IMG/VR virus record: IMGVR_UViG_3300015615_000680
Coordinates: 12,557 to 76,556 of that record
From: a virus
DNA length: 64,000 bases
Direction: 5' to 3' (one strand)
Positions 18,936 to 27,329 of this stretch are shown one piece after another. The position numbers and the translations under genes were made by a program. Below the pieces are notes generated by a model, which saw nothing but the letters and a program-made list of their open reading frames with translations, did not search any database and was not told where the DNA came from. Within the stretch, counting starts at the first letter, position 1; every line of letters begins with the position of its first letter.

Positions 18936-19214
18936 ATGATCAAGAGCTTCAAGAACAAGGGTCTGGCGGACTTGTGGGCAAAAGGCCGCACGGGTCGGAT
19001 CGACAAGCGGATGCACGGCCGGATCATGGAAAGGCTGCGGGCGCTTGATGGCGCGGCGATGCCGGGCAACATGGCGGTCCCCGGCTTCGATTTTCACGCG
19101 CTCGCAGGCTTCAAGCCGCCGCGCTATAGCGTCCACGTCAACGGCCCGTGGTGCATTGTTTTCGAGTTCGAGAACGGCGACGCCCAGAACGTAGACTTCG
19201 TCAACTATCATTGA
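18936..19214 (+). CDS. higB: HigB-family (RelE/ParE superfamily) toxin
   Basis: MIKSFKNKGLADLW...PGFDFHALAG...YSVHVNGPWCIVFEFENGDAQNVDFVNYH. Confidence 0.93.
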   Translation: MIKSFKNKGLADLWAKGRTGRIDKRMHGRIMERLRALDGAAMPGNMAVPGFDFHALAGFKPPRYSVHVNGPWCIVFEFENGDAQNVDFVNYH

Positions 19215-19225
19215 GGAGAGTTGCG

Positions 19226-19552
19226 GTGAACGAGACGTACCCCGCGGTGCGCAACCCGAACATGGAGCCGCTGCATCCGGGCGCGCTCCTGCGCGAGACG
19301 GTGCTGCCCGCGCTGGACATGAGCGTCAGCGAGGCAGCCCGGCAGTTGAGGATCAGCCGCCAGGTGCTGCACCGCATCTTGTCCGAGACCTCGGCGGTGA
19401 CGCCGGAGATGGCCTTGCGGCTCGGGCAGTTCTGCGGCAACGGCCCCGAGCTTTGGCTCAACCTTCAGGCAACGTACGACCTGTGGCATGCCCGCAAGGC
19501 GATGGCAGCCGAGATCAGGAAGATACCAACCGCCAAGGCGAAGGCCGCCTAG
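19226..19552 (+). CDS. higA: HigA-family antitoxin (XRE HTH)
   Basis: PLHPGALLRE...VTPEMALRLGQFCGNGPELWLNLQATYDLW; follows toxin; GAGGAG RBS, GTG start. Confidence 0.93.
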   Translation: MNETYPAVRNPNMEPLHPGALLRETVLPALDMSVSEAARQLRISRQVLHRILSETSAVTPEMALRLGQFCGNGPELWLNLQATYDLWHARKAMAAEIRKIPTAKAKAA

Positions 19553-19902
19553 CCGCGGACTTGGAGTTCGTAGGCCATCAGCTCGCCCATGAAGCGGCGC
19601 TTTTCGTCGTCCACGGATTCGACGTTCAGCTCGCGGCCACCGACCACGGCCTTATCGCCGCGCCGCGGCGGCACCGGAAACTGGGCCGCGATCATGTCCT
19701 CGTAGAGCAGGATCACGCGCCGGTCGCCCTGCTGGATGTTGCCGACCAGCTCGTCCGGGTCGTATCCAACGATCCGCGCGCGCGCCGGAGCCTCGAACCA
19801 GGGGCGGTCCTCGCCGGCCCCGGTGTAGCGGCGGATCGCGATCCACTGGCCGGCCGTGTCCATCGCTTCCCGGTAGTCGGCGCGGGCTTCGTCCGCCGTC
19901 AT
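19549..19902 (-). CDS. Head closure / head-tail joining protein
   Basis: ARIVGYDPDELVGNIQQGDRRVIL...AYELQVRG; neck position. Confidence 0.75.
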   Translation of the reverse strand: MTADEARADYREAMDTAGQWIAIRRYTGAGEDRPWFEAPARARIVGYDPDELVGNIQQGDRRVILLYEDMIAAQFPVPPRRGDKAVVGGRELNVESVDDEKRRFMGELMAYELQVRG

Positions 19903-20141
19903 TTGATGATCCCGGTCTCGATCATGTCGGCGTAGTACGGCCACATCCGATCGACTTCGGACTTGATTCCGGCGTCGTCGAGGAGCGGTGGCATCTCGAT
20001 CCCGGCCGCCTCCGCCATAGCCGCCGCTTCCTCGTACCGCGCCGGATTGCCGAACATGGAGTTTCGGATAATCCGATCGGCGGCAGCGCGTGCCCGCGCC
20101 TCCAGGTTGGCGCCGCGCACCGGGAAGGGCACGACCGTCAC
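19899..20141 (-). CDS. Hypothetical protein
   Basis: GTG start coupled to upstream stop, stop coupled to next ATG; 80 aa. Confidence 0.55.
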   Translation of the reverse strand: MTVVPFPVRGANLEARARAAADRIIRNSMFGNPARYEEAAAMAEAAGIEMPPLLDDAGIKSEVDRMWPYYADMIETGIIK

Positions 20142-20575
20142 CGCACCGCCGCCCGTACGCCGATCGACGTGGCGCCCGTGTAGGTCCCGGTGCTGGTCAC
20201 CTTCGCGCGCAACCGGTCGCCGAGCTGGTTCGCGAGAATGCCTTCCGCCGACAGCGCCGCGATGTTGGCAGGCGCCGCGCTGGCCACGACGGCGACCGCG
20301 GCATGCGCCTTGCGGCTCGCCGTGGCGAAATCGAACCGGGCGATGTCGATCCAGTCCTCGCCCTGGTTGAGCGAGGTCTGCACGACGATGATGCAGGTGG
20401 TGCCGCCGCCGCCGTGGAAGAACTCGACCCACAGGTTGACCGAAGTCATGCCGCCGAGGCGGTCGATGAATTCCTGGACGCTGCTGGCCGGGCCGCTGCC
20501 GCGCGTGATCACCTCGTCGACCACGGCCGCGCCGAGCGTGGCATCGCCGAGGCTGTAGAGACCTGGGTTGTCCAT
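20138..20575 (-). CDS. Putative virion structural protein
   Basis: MDNPGLYSLG...VVQTSLNQGEDWIDIARFDF...LGDRLRAKVTSTGTY. Confidence 0.7.
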   Translation of the reverse strand: MDNPGLYSLGDATLGAAVVDEVITRGSGPASSVQEFIDRLGGMTSVNLWVEFFHGGGGTTCIIVVQTSLNQGEDWIDIARFDFATASRKAHAAVAVVASAAPANIAALSAEGILANQLGDRLRAKVTSTGTYTGATSIGVRAAVR

Positions 20576-20583
20576 GCGGCGCC

Positions 20584-21198
20584 TCAGGCGATGGCGGGGT
20601 TCAGGTAGGGCACGAGGTACGACCGCGCGTCGTCGGGCAACCCGCCTTCGCCGATCGCGCCGACCCAGTAGTCGGTGCGCTTGCGCAGCGCGCCGGGCAC
20701 GTCCGTCTCCTGCCCGCGGATCAGCGGATCGCGCGACCTGGCGGACCACAGGGCCCGAACCGTGATGATCGCCGCCTTCTCCACGTCCTCGGGCAGCTCC
20801 GGCAGGAGCTCGTAGCCTGCGACGTAGGTGACGACGATCTTGCCGGCGCACCAGTCGCGCGGCCGATCGCCGGCGAGGCGCAGCAGCAAGCCTGTCGCGG
20901 GCGCCAGCTCGTAGTCCGCGGCGGTCAGGGTCGCGGCGTCCTCGACGAACGAGGTGATGCTGGCGATCGGATAGCGCGCCAGCGTCAGTTCGCGGAACGG
21001 CACCTCCGGCCGAAGCGTCTCGCGCACCGTCTCCTTGGCGAATACGCGCCCGCAGTGGCTCGCGACGGCACGGCTCGCCTGCGCGACCAGCCCCGCGAGC
21101 ACGTCGTCCCACTCGGCCGTCGTGATGCCGAACTCGCGCTTGACGGTCGCCAGAACCGTCAGGTCGTGGCTCGACGCGGGGGTGATGACCTCGAGCAT
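20584..21198 (-). CDS. Head-tail adaptor (gp6-like)
   Basis: DLTVLATVKREFGI...ASRAVASHCGRVF...IVVTYVAGY...LPEDVEKAAI. Confidence 0.85.
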   Translation of the reverse strand: MLEVITPASSHDLTVLATVKREFGITTAEWDDVLAGLVAQASRAVASHCGRVFAKETVRETLRPEVPFRELTLARYPIASITSFVEDAATLTAADYELAPATGLLLRLAGDRPRDWCAGKIVVTYVAGYELLPELPEDVEKAAIITVRALWSARSRDPLIRGQETDVPGALRKRTDYWVGAIGEGGLPDDARSYLVPYLNPAIA

Positions 21199-23333
21199 CA
21201 GCGCCTTCTCGATGGGCTGCCCGGCGGGCGGGGCGTCGCCGGCGCGCCGCAGGACCGCGGCAGCGCGGCGGTGGCGCCGGTGCGCACCGTCGCGCCTGGG
21301 CCTTCGATGCGGCGTCCGGCCGGGGCCGCGGCGGCGCGCGGCGGTGTCTCGCCGGGTCGCAGCCAGGGCGGCGCGATCTCGATCGGCGCGCCGACCGGCT
21401 CCGGGAAGGCCGCGATCGCCACCACCGGCGCGCCGGCGACGACCTGCATCACCGCGGCCAGCAGCGCCGCACCGTCGAGCCGCGCGGCAGCCGGGGCGGC
21501 GACCGCGGCGGCGGCGGCATGGTTGCCGGTTAGGGCCGCCTCCGCGGAGGCCGTTGCCGGCGCCACTTGGGCCGAGCCGACCGCGCCGATGGCGGCAGAA
21601 GCGTCTGCATCCGCCCCGGCGGCCGGCAGGTTGATCGCCGCCTGCGCCGTGATCCCGACGCCGGCCGCCAGCGACCCGACGGCCGGCGCGACGCTCGCCG
21701 CGGCCTCGGCCGTCGTTGCCGTGGCGGCATCGGCGGACGCGGTCGCCGCCGGCGCGGTGAGAGGCAGGGTCGCCCGCACGCCGCCGGTGGAGGCGCTGGC
21801 CGACGCCGTTGCGGGCGCGGCGTCCGCGGCCGCAGCAAGGGCCAGGCCGGCCGAGGCGGTGACCGTCGCCCCCGCCGGCGCCGCTGGCGCCGCGATCGCG
21901 GCTACGATCTCGACGCTGTTGGCCAGATCCGCTTGGGCGGCTGCAGCCAGCGCCGCGCCCGCCACCGCGGTTCCGACGTCCCCGGTGGCCTCGGCCGCCG
22001 CGGCACCTGCGACGGCCTCCACGGCGCCGCGCAGGGCGGTGTCAGCCGCCAGGCCGGCCTCGGGTGCGGCGGCAACCGCGGCGGCCGTCAGCGCCGCCTG
22101 AACGGACGACAGCGCCTCGGCGGCGGCGGCGGGTGCGAAACCCGCCCCTGCGGCAACCAGCGGGGCCGCGGCGATCAGCGCGGCATCGGCCGCGCCCGCC
22201 GTCCCGACCGCATCGATCGCCAGCGCCGCTGAGGCCCCGCCCTCGGCTACCGCGGCCGCCGCGGCAGCATCGACCGCGTCGCGCAGGGCCGCCGCGGCGG
22301 CGAGATTGGCCGTCGGCGCCATTGCCGTGACGGCGATCGCCCCGGCCACCGCAGCGCTCGACAGAACCGAGGCCATGGCGGCTGGGGCGGCGGGCGCCGC
22401 CAGGGCCTGGAGGACGGTTTCGACCTGGCCGGACGCGGCGGCCGCGCCGGCGACGGCGCCTACGGTTGCGGCGAGCGCGGCGTCGGCGGTGGCGGCAGCC
22501 AGGGCCGCAGGCGCCGCCGCGTCAACCGCAGCCGATGCCGACAGCCCGGGCAGGAAGTACGTGCGCCGCACCCGCGGCGCCAGGAGCTGGTAGGGCCGCA
22601 GGCTGAGCTCGCGCACCTCGTCGTCGGACAGGATGCGGTTGGCGACCCAGGCGAAGCCGGCGCGGCCGTCGAACTGCTGCACGCTGTCGGTGCGGTAGCC
22701 CATCCGCACGCCGGCCGAGTTGCCGGCGACGCTGCTGGCGCCGCCGCTGAACCAGTTGGACGGCGTCGCGGTGTCGAACACACCGTTGAAGTAGAACCGC
22801 GGCGCGGTACTGATGGTGCCGACCTGCGTCGCGGCCAGCACGGTGAACGCATCGGTCGCGATGTCGGACCCGGCGGCGTAGACGCGGAAGTCGGGATCGC
22901 CCGAGCCGGCGCGGTTGAAGGTGACCCGCGACGCGCCGTTGCTCTGGCGCTGCAGCGCGAACGGGGTGGTGGTGCCGCCGGTGCCGCCGCCCGGCATCTT
23001 GGCGATCAGGGTGGAGTCCTGCGCCGCGTCGAACACGCCGCCCCACATCACCGTCACGGCGCCGGTGACGTTGTGGCGGTCGTCGTTGTCCCACTGCAGG
23101 AACGAGCCCGACGACGAGAAATCGACGCCGATGCCGCCCATGTAGACGTCGGTCGCCCACCCGGCGGCGCCGTTGAGCGCGCCCTGGGTGCGGGTGACCA
23201 GGTCGAACGGCGCGCCGCCGTTCTCGGTCAGGAACGCCGCGAACACCAGGTCCTCGAAGACCCAGTGGTGCGGGTCGAGGATGACCGGGCCCTGCGGCTT
23301 GATCGCGCCGGCCTGCCGAGTCAGCACGATCAT
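21198..23333 (-). CDS. LamG/ConA-like lectin domain plus long Ala-rich repeat region (putative head fibre)
   Basis: Start MIVLTRQAG (ATGA coupling); FDGRAGFAWVANRILSDDEVREL LamG end motif; about 400 aa Ala-rich tail. Confidence 0.7.
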   Translation of the reverse strand: MIVLTRQAGAIKPQGPVILDPHHWVFEDLVFAAFLTENGGAPFDLVTRTQGALNGAAGWATDVYMGGIGVDFSSSGSFLQWDNDDRHNVTGAVTVMWGGVFDAAQDSTLIAKMPGGGTGGTTTPFALQRQSNGASRVTFNRAGSGDPDFRVYAAGSDIATDAFTVLAATQVGTISTAPRFYFNGVFDTATPSNWFSGGASSVAGNSAGVRMGYRTDSVQQFDGRAGFAWVANRILSDDEVRELSLRPYQLLAPRVRRTYFLPGLSASAAVDAAAPAALAAATADAALAATVGAVAGAAAASGQVETVLQALAAPAAPAAMASVLSSAAVAGAIAVTAMAPTANLAAAAALRDAVDAAAAAAVAEGGASAALAIDAVGTAGAADAALIAAAPLVAAGAGFAPAAAAEALSSVQAALTAAAVAAAPEAGLAADTALRGAVEAVAGAAAAEATGDVGTAVAGAALAAAAQADLANSVEIVAAIAAPAAPAGATVTASAGLALAAAADAAPATASASASTGGVRATLPLTAPAATASADAATATTAEAAASVAPAVGSLAAGVGITAQAAINLPAAGADADASAAIGAVGSAQVAPATASAEAALTGNHAAAAAVAAPAAARLDGAALLAAVMQVVAGAPVVAIAAFPEPVGAPIEIAPPWLRPGETPPRAAAAPAGRRIEGPGATVRTGATAALPRSCGAPATPRPPGSPSRRR

Positions 23334-23827
23334 TGCGAGTCGCCCGCCACCCCGGTCAGGTACAGCGCGTGGTTGCCGGCGGACGAATTCAGGTTCACGC
23401 CGGTGTTGTGGGTCAGGAAGAAGATCACGTCGGACGGGATGACGCCGCCGAACACCCCGGCCAGCGACACCGGGCCCCACGGGTAGGTGCGGTCGGAGGT
23501 GTTGCTGGTGCCGATGATCGCGACGTGGCGGCAGATCGCCCGCTTGATGTCGGCCGAGGTGATCGTCTCGTCGCTGTCGGTGCCGTCGAACACGTCGGGC
23601 CAGGTGGGGGTGACGTCGAGCGTGCCGATGGCGTAGATCTCGATCCGGCGCGCCGCGGTGGGGCTGGTGCCGGCGGTGACCTTGCCGGCGGCCAGCACGT
23701 CGAGGAAGCCGTCGAGCGCGACGGCCGCGCTCTCGCGACCGGCCAGCAGGTTGGTGTCGGACGCGCGGCTGGCGAGCGTCCAGGTCGGCGCGGTGATGTT
23801 GGCCCAGGTCAGCGAGTGGGCAGTCAT
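23330..23827 (-). CDS. Putative virion structural protein
   Basis: MTAHSLTWANITAP...GKVTAGTSPTAARRIEIY...HNTGVNLN; beta-rich. Confidence 0.7.
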   Translation of the reverse strand: MTAHSLTWANITAPTWTLASRASDTNLLAGRESAAVALDGFLDVLAAGKVTAGTSPTAARRIEIYAIGTLDVTPTWPDVFDGTDSDETITSADIKRAICRHVAIIGTSNTSDRTYPWGPVSLAGVFGGVIPSDVIFFLTHNTGVNLNSSAGNHALYLTGVAGDSQ

Positions 23828-23829
23828 GC

Positions 23830-24267
23830 CTACGCCGCGACCTCGGGCACGGTGATGGTGAAGGCCGTGATGGTGATCTCCTGGCCGGAGGCGATGTCCA
23901 TGTTGTCGATGATCATGTCGCCGCCGCCGCCGGAGGCTGTCACCGTGCCCTGCCCCTTGCATTCGTCGTCGCTGTCGAACATCCGCCAGTACTTGGCGGT
24001 CGCGTCGTTGGACGACGCGACGGCAGCGACGGGGTCGATCGAATTGGCGGTCGCCCGCGCGCCGGGGTTGATGTCCGCCGCGTTGCCGAATGCCGGGTCG
24101 GGCAGGTCGAAGGTCGCCAGCAGGGTGCCGGTGGTGGCGTCCTCGCAGTTGTTCGGGGGCGCGCCGGTGCGGATCTCAATGTAGCCGGCGGCGGAGCCCT
24201 CATCGACCGAGTCGGCGATCGCGTTGCAGTTGGCGAGGGCGGTGACGTTCGGGATGCGGAAGGCCAT
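23830..24267 (-). CDS. Small beta-rich virion protein (paralogue of 8469..8846)
   Basis: AGYIEIRTG...LLATFDLPDPAFGNA...TASGGGGDMIIDN. Confidence 0.78.
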   Translation of the reverse strand: MAFRIPNVTALANCNAIADSVDEGSAAGYIEIRTGAPPNNCEDATTGTLLATFDLPDPAFGNAADINPGARATANSIDPVAAVASSNDATAKYWRMFDSDDECKGQGTVTASGGGGDMIIDNMDIASGQEITITAFTITVPEVAA

Positions 24268-24271
24268 CGGT

Positions 24272-24523
24272 TCAGGCCTTCCCGGCGGCCTTGGCCGCGC
24301 GGTGCGCCTCGACCGCGGCGGCGGCCACCGCGTCTTCCTCGTCGGCCGCCTTCAGCGCGACGAGCTGCAGCGCGTACTGGTCCGCCTTCGGGTGCTTCTC
24401 GGCGATCAGCCGCTCGAGCTTCGCCACCTGGGCGGCGCGCGAGGCGACGATCTGCACCTTGCCGGGCCGGTGCATGACCGTAGCGAGGTCGGCCGGCAGC
24501 CGCCGGCGTGCGTCTTCGGACAT
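24272..24523 (-). CDS. Hypothetical protein
   Basis: AGGAG RBS; MSEDARRRLPAD... Confidence 0.6.
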   Translation of the reverse strand: MSEDARRRLPADLATVMHRPGKVQIVASRAAQVAKLERLIAEKHPKADQYALQLVALKAADEEDAVAAAAVEAHRAAKAAGKA

Positions 24524-24533
24524 GTGGTGTCTC

Positions 24534-24878
24534 CTAGCCGCGCCGGCGCCCGGCGCGACGGACGATGGCGGTGAATTCTCGGGCGGCCTGATCGGCTCCG
24601 ACCGCGCGCCAGCGGCGGCCGAGCACGCCAAGCAGCTCGGTCACCTGCGCGATCGGCATCGATTCCCTGCCGCCCTCATCCTTGGTGAGTTCGGCCGCGA
24701 GCACCCGCAGGTTGACCGCGCGGTCCCGGCGCGCCTTGAGCACCGCCTTGGGAAGAGGCTTCATCGAGAGGGTCTCCATTCGGCGGCGGATTTGCGCCTC
24801 GCAGAGCCACCAGGCGACGCCGACGGCGATGCCGCCGATGATGGCGATGACGAGGATCGCGGCCTGGTCGTCGTTCAT
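24534..24878 (-). CDS. Hypothetical single-TM protein
   Basis: AAILVIAIIGGIAVGVAWWL; GAGG RBS. Confidence 0.55.
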   Translation of the reverse strand: MNDDQAAILVIAIIGGIAVGVAWWLCEAQIRRRMETLSMKPLPKAVLKARRDRAVNLRVLAAELTKDEGGRESMPIAQVTELLGVLGRRWRAVGADQAAREFTAIVRRAGRRRG

Positions 24879-24923
24879 GGCGCGGCCTCTGCGGCGGCCG
24901 GCCGCGGCGGCAGCCGGCCTGGG

Positions 24924-25082
24924 CTACTTGGTGACAGGCGCCTTGATCGGGCGGGTGATCACGCCGGCGGGCGGCGAAGGGCGGCTCGGCGGCAGGGCGT
25001 CGGGCCGGGGCCGGGGAGCGCCGTGGGGCGAGGATCCCGGCCGAGACGGCGGCGGGCTCGGCTGCGGACCGTTTCCGCTCAC
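24924..25082 (-). CDS. Small Pro-rich hypothetical protein (52 aa)
   Basis: GTGA-coupled start; MSGNGPQPSPPP...VITRPIKAPVTK. Confidence 0.45.
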   Translation of the reverse strand: MSGNGPQPSPPPSRPGSSPHGAPRPRPDALPPSRPSPPAGVITRPIKAPVTK

Positions 25083-25489
25083 TGCGCACCGCCCGCGCCC
25101 TCGCCGCCGGCAGCGGCGGCGGCGGCGGTGCGCTTCGCGTGCTCGGCCCTCACGGCCTCGACCATGTCATCCCGCTTCCCGGCCGGGTCGAGGGTGAGGG
25201 AGAGGTGCTCCTGGGCCCAGTCGGCAATCTGCTGCTTGGACCAGCCGCCGAGGTCCGCGGGCAGCTCGGGCGGCGGCGCGTCGGGTGAACCGGTACCACC
25301 GGCCGGGGGATCGGCCTTCGTGCTGTCCGGCGGCGCGTTCGTCCCGCCAGTCGGGTCGCCGGCGGTCTCCTCTTCGGTCCAGCGCGCGACGCCCGAATCG
25401 ACCATCCGCTGGGCAACCGCGTCCGGGAAACCCGCGCGCTCGCCCGGATTGTAGGGCGACAGCTTCTCGATGAAGGTCACGTTGCGCAT
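25079..25489 (-). CDS. Head-associated protein (gpFI-like) with C-terminal HeH/Rho-N-like helical domain
   Basis: YNPGERAGFPDAVAQRMVDSGVA; WSKQQIADWAQEHLSLTLDPAGKRDDMV. Confidence 0.65.
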   Translation of the reverse strand: MRNVTFIEKLSPYNPGERAGFPDAVAQRMVDSGVARWTEEETAGDPTGGTNAPPDSTKADPPAGGTGSPDAPPPELPADLGGWSKQQIADWAQEHLSLTLDPAGKRDDMVEAVRAEHAKRTAAAAAAGGEGAGGAQ

Positions 25490-25492
25490 CGG

Positions 25493-26782
25493 TCACTCCG
25501 CTGCTGATTGAAGGTGTTCGGGCGACGGCGCGAAAAGCTTCTCCACGTCGCCCTGGTAGGCGTAGCCGCCGTGGTGATTGAGGCGGATGGTCGGGTCGAG
25601 CCAGACCTCGCCGCCGAGCCGCTGCCAGCGCCGGCAGAACCCGTAGTCCTCGGACAGGTAGCGGCCACCGTCGATCATGCAGTCGAACAGCGCGTAGGAA
25701 TGGCGCTCCTGTTCCGCCGTCAGGCTGGCCGTTCCGGTGTAGTGGAGCTCGGGGTGCGCGGCCACGAGGCGCTCCAGCGCACGCCGATGGATCATCAGGA
25801 ACCCGGTGGCCGCGTCCATGATCTCGATCGCGCCCGAGATGGCGCACTGGCGCACCTGCTGGTGCGCGTCGGGCTTGAAGTTGATCGCGTAGGTTTCTGG
25901 GAGCTTCTTCTTCGGGTAGGCGCCGCAGATCAGGTCCTTGTCGGCGCGCAGCAGGCGCAGCACCGCCGCCGGCTCCCACTCGATGTCCGCGTCGATGAAG
26001 AGCAGGTGCGAATGCGCTGACGCCAGGAAGACGGCGACCAGGCTGTTGCGCGCACGCGAGATGAGGCTGTCGCCCGGCGACGTCACGACCTCGTGCGCGA
26101 CGCGGCGGCCGGTCAGCGCTACCGACGTCCGGAGCATCGACATCAGGTAGGCGTTGGTGACCATGCCGCCGAAGCACGGCGTGGCCATCATCAGGCTGGT
26201 GAACCCGACGAACGAGGCGCGCGCCCGGTCGTCGGGCGGCACGACCCAGCACCGGCCGACCGGCCACCAGGCGGCGCCGAACGCGGCGCAGACCGCCTCG
26301 CGCACCCCGGGAAGCTGCAGGTCGTCGCCGGCAAGCACGCCGCCCGCCCGCAGCTTCGGCCGCCAGGCCGCGATGTCGGCGGCGACGCTCGCCTCGTCGT
26401 GGCTCGCGTCGAGGAACACGAAGTCCAGGCTGCCATCGACGAAGCGCCCGGCCGCCCCGACGCTCTCGCCCCGCACGATGGTCACCAGCTCGGCGAGCGG
26501 CGCCAGATTTCGGCGGCAGGCGTCCTCAAGGGTGCCGGCCACCACGTCGGCGTCGCCGCGGTGCGCCGGCTCATCGGAGCCCTTGAAGTGGTCGATCGCG
26601 GTGAACGCGATGGACTTGCCGCTGTTGGCGATCTCCACCGCCATGAACGCCGCCGATCGGCCCTTCCAGGCGCCCACCTCGACGAAGCGGGCGCCATCCC
26701 CGAAATGGGCCACGGCCGCGCGGTAGACCGCCTCGGCCGCGAACCATCCGGGGATGGCTTCGTAGATGTGATCCACAGGCAC
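25493..26782 (-). CDS. Class I SAM methyltransferase (Methyltransf_24-like) fused to GT-A glycosyltransferase-like domain
   Basis: FVEVGAWKGRS, LDFVFLDASH, GGVLAGDD; then ATPCFGG, LISRARN, LLFIDADI (DxD), YLSEDYGFC. Confidence 0.85.
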   Translation of the reverse strand: MPVDHIYEAIPGWFAAEAVYRAAVAHFGDGARFVEVGAWKGRSAAFMAVEIANSGKSIAFTAIDHFKGSDEPAHRGDADVVAGTLEDACRRNLAPLAELVTIVRGESVGAAGRFVDGSLDFVFLDASHDEASVAADIAAWRPKLRAGGVLAGDDLQLPGVREAVCAAFGAAWWPVGRCWVVPPDDRARASFVGFTSLMMATPCFGGMVTNAYLMSMLRTSVALTGRRVAHEVVTSPGDSLISRARNSLVAVFLASAHSHLLFIDADIEWEPAAVLRLLRADKDLICGAYPKKKLPETYAINFKPDAHQQVRQCAISGAIEIMDAATGFLMIHRRALERLVAAHPELHYTGTASLTAEQERHSYALFDCMIDGGRYLSEDYGFCRRWQRLGGEVWLDPTIRLNHHGGYAYQGDVEKLFAPSPEHLQSAAE

Positions 26783-26785
26783 GCC

Positions 26786-27247
26786 TCAGGTACGCGGCGC
26801 GTCGTCGAGCCCGCCGAAGATGAGCACGCCGCCGATCGCCGCGGTCGTGTTGGTCGTGTCCGACCGGGTGGGCGTCGCGGTCAGCCGCAGGAACTTGTGC
26901 GCGGCCGGCAGCGCGGTCAGGTCGAGATCGAGCGGGACCTCCGAGAACATGTCGGCGTTGGAGGCACCGTCCGCGCCGGTGAGCACGACCGCCGACGCCG
27001 TCACCCGGTCCACCGGCGTGGTGAAGCCGCTGTCCACCGAGCTCTGCAGCTTGATGGCCGAGACGTTCAGGGTGTCGCCCGAGTCGGCGTTGAAGCGGAT
27101 CGCCACGACGCCACGGACCGAGTTCGCCCGGGCGCCGAGCAGGGTGATGTCTTCGGCCTTGCCGTTGAGGGCCGCTTCCGCTGCCGGCGCGGCAAGGTTG
27201 GCGCGCGTGATGATCTCGGCGCCGATGTTCTTCCCAAGAGACGACAT
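26786..27247 (-). CDS. Capsid decoration / minor head protein
   Basis: Directly after MCP with strong AGGAGG RBS; beta-rich, KFLRLTATP. Confidence 0.6.
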   Translation of the reverse strand: MSSLGKNIGAEIITRANLAAPAAEAALNGKAEDITLLGARANSVRGVVAIRFNADSGDTLNVSAIKLQSSVDSGFTTPVDRVTASAVVLTGADGASNADMFSEVPLDLDLTALPAAHKFLRLTATPTRSDTTNTTAAIGGVLIFGGLDDAPRT

Positions 27248-27329
27248 GGTCGCCCTCCTTTCCGAATTGCGATGGAGACGTGCGTTGGGGCGACGGGACG
27301 ATTGCCCCGCCGCCTTCAGCGCGCCGCGA

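Noticed and set aside
18846..19211. N-terminal extension of ORF 18150..19211
   Set aside because: It is the antisense of higB and its promoter; the real start is 18845 with a GGAG RBS
21400..22540. Ala-rich tract as a DNA repeat array or CRISPR
   Set aside because: No exact nucleotide repeats or spacers; it is low-complexity coding sequence
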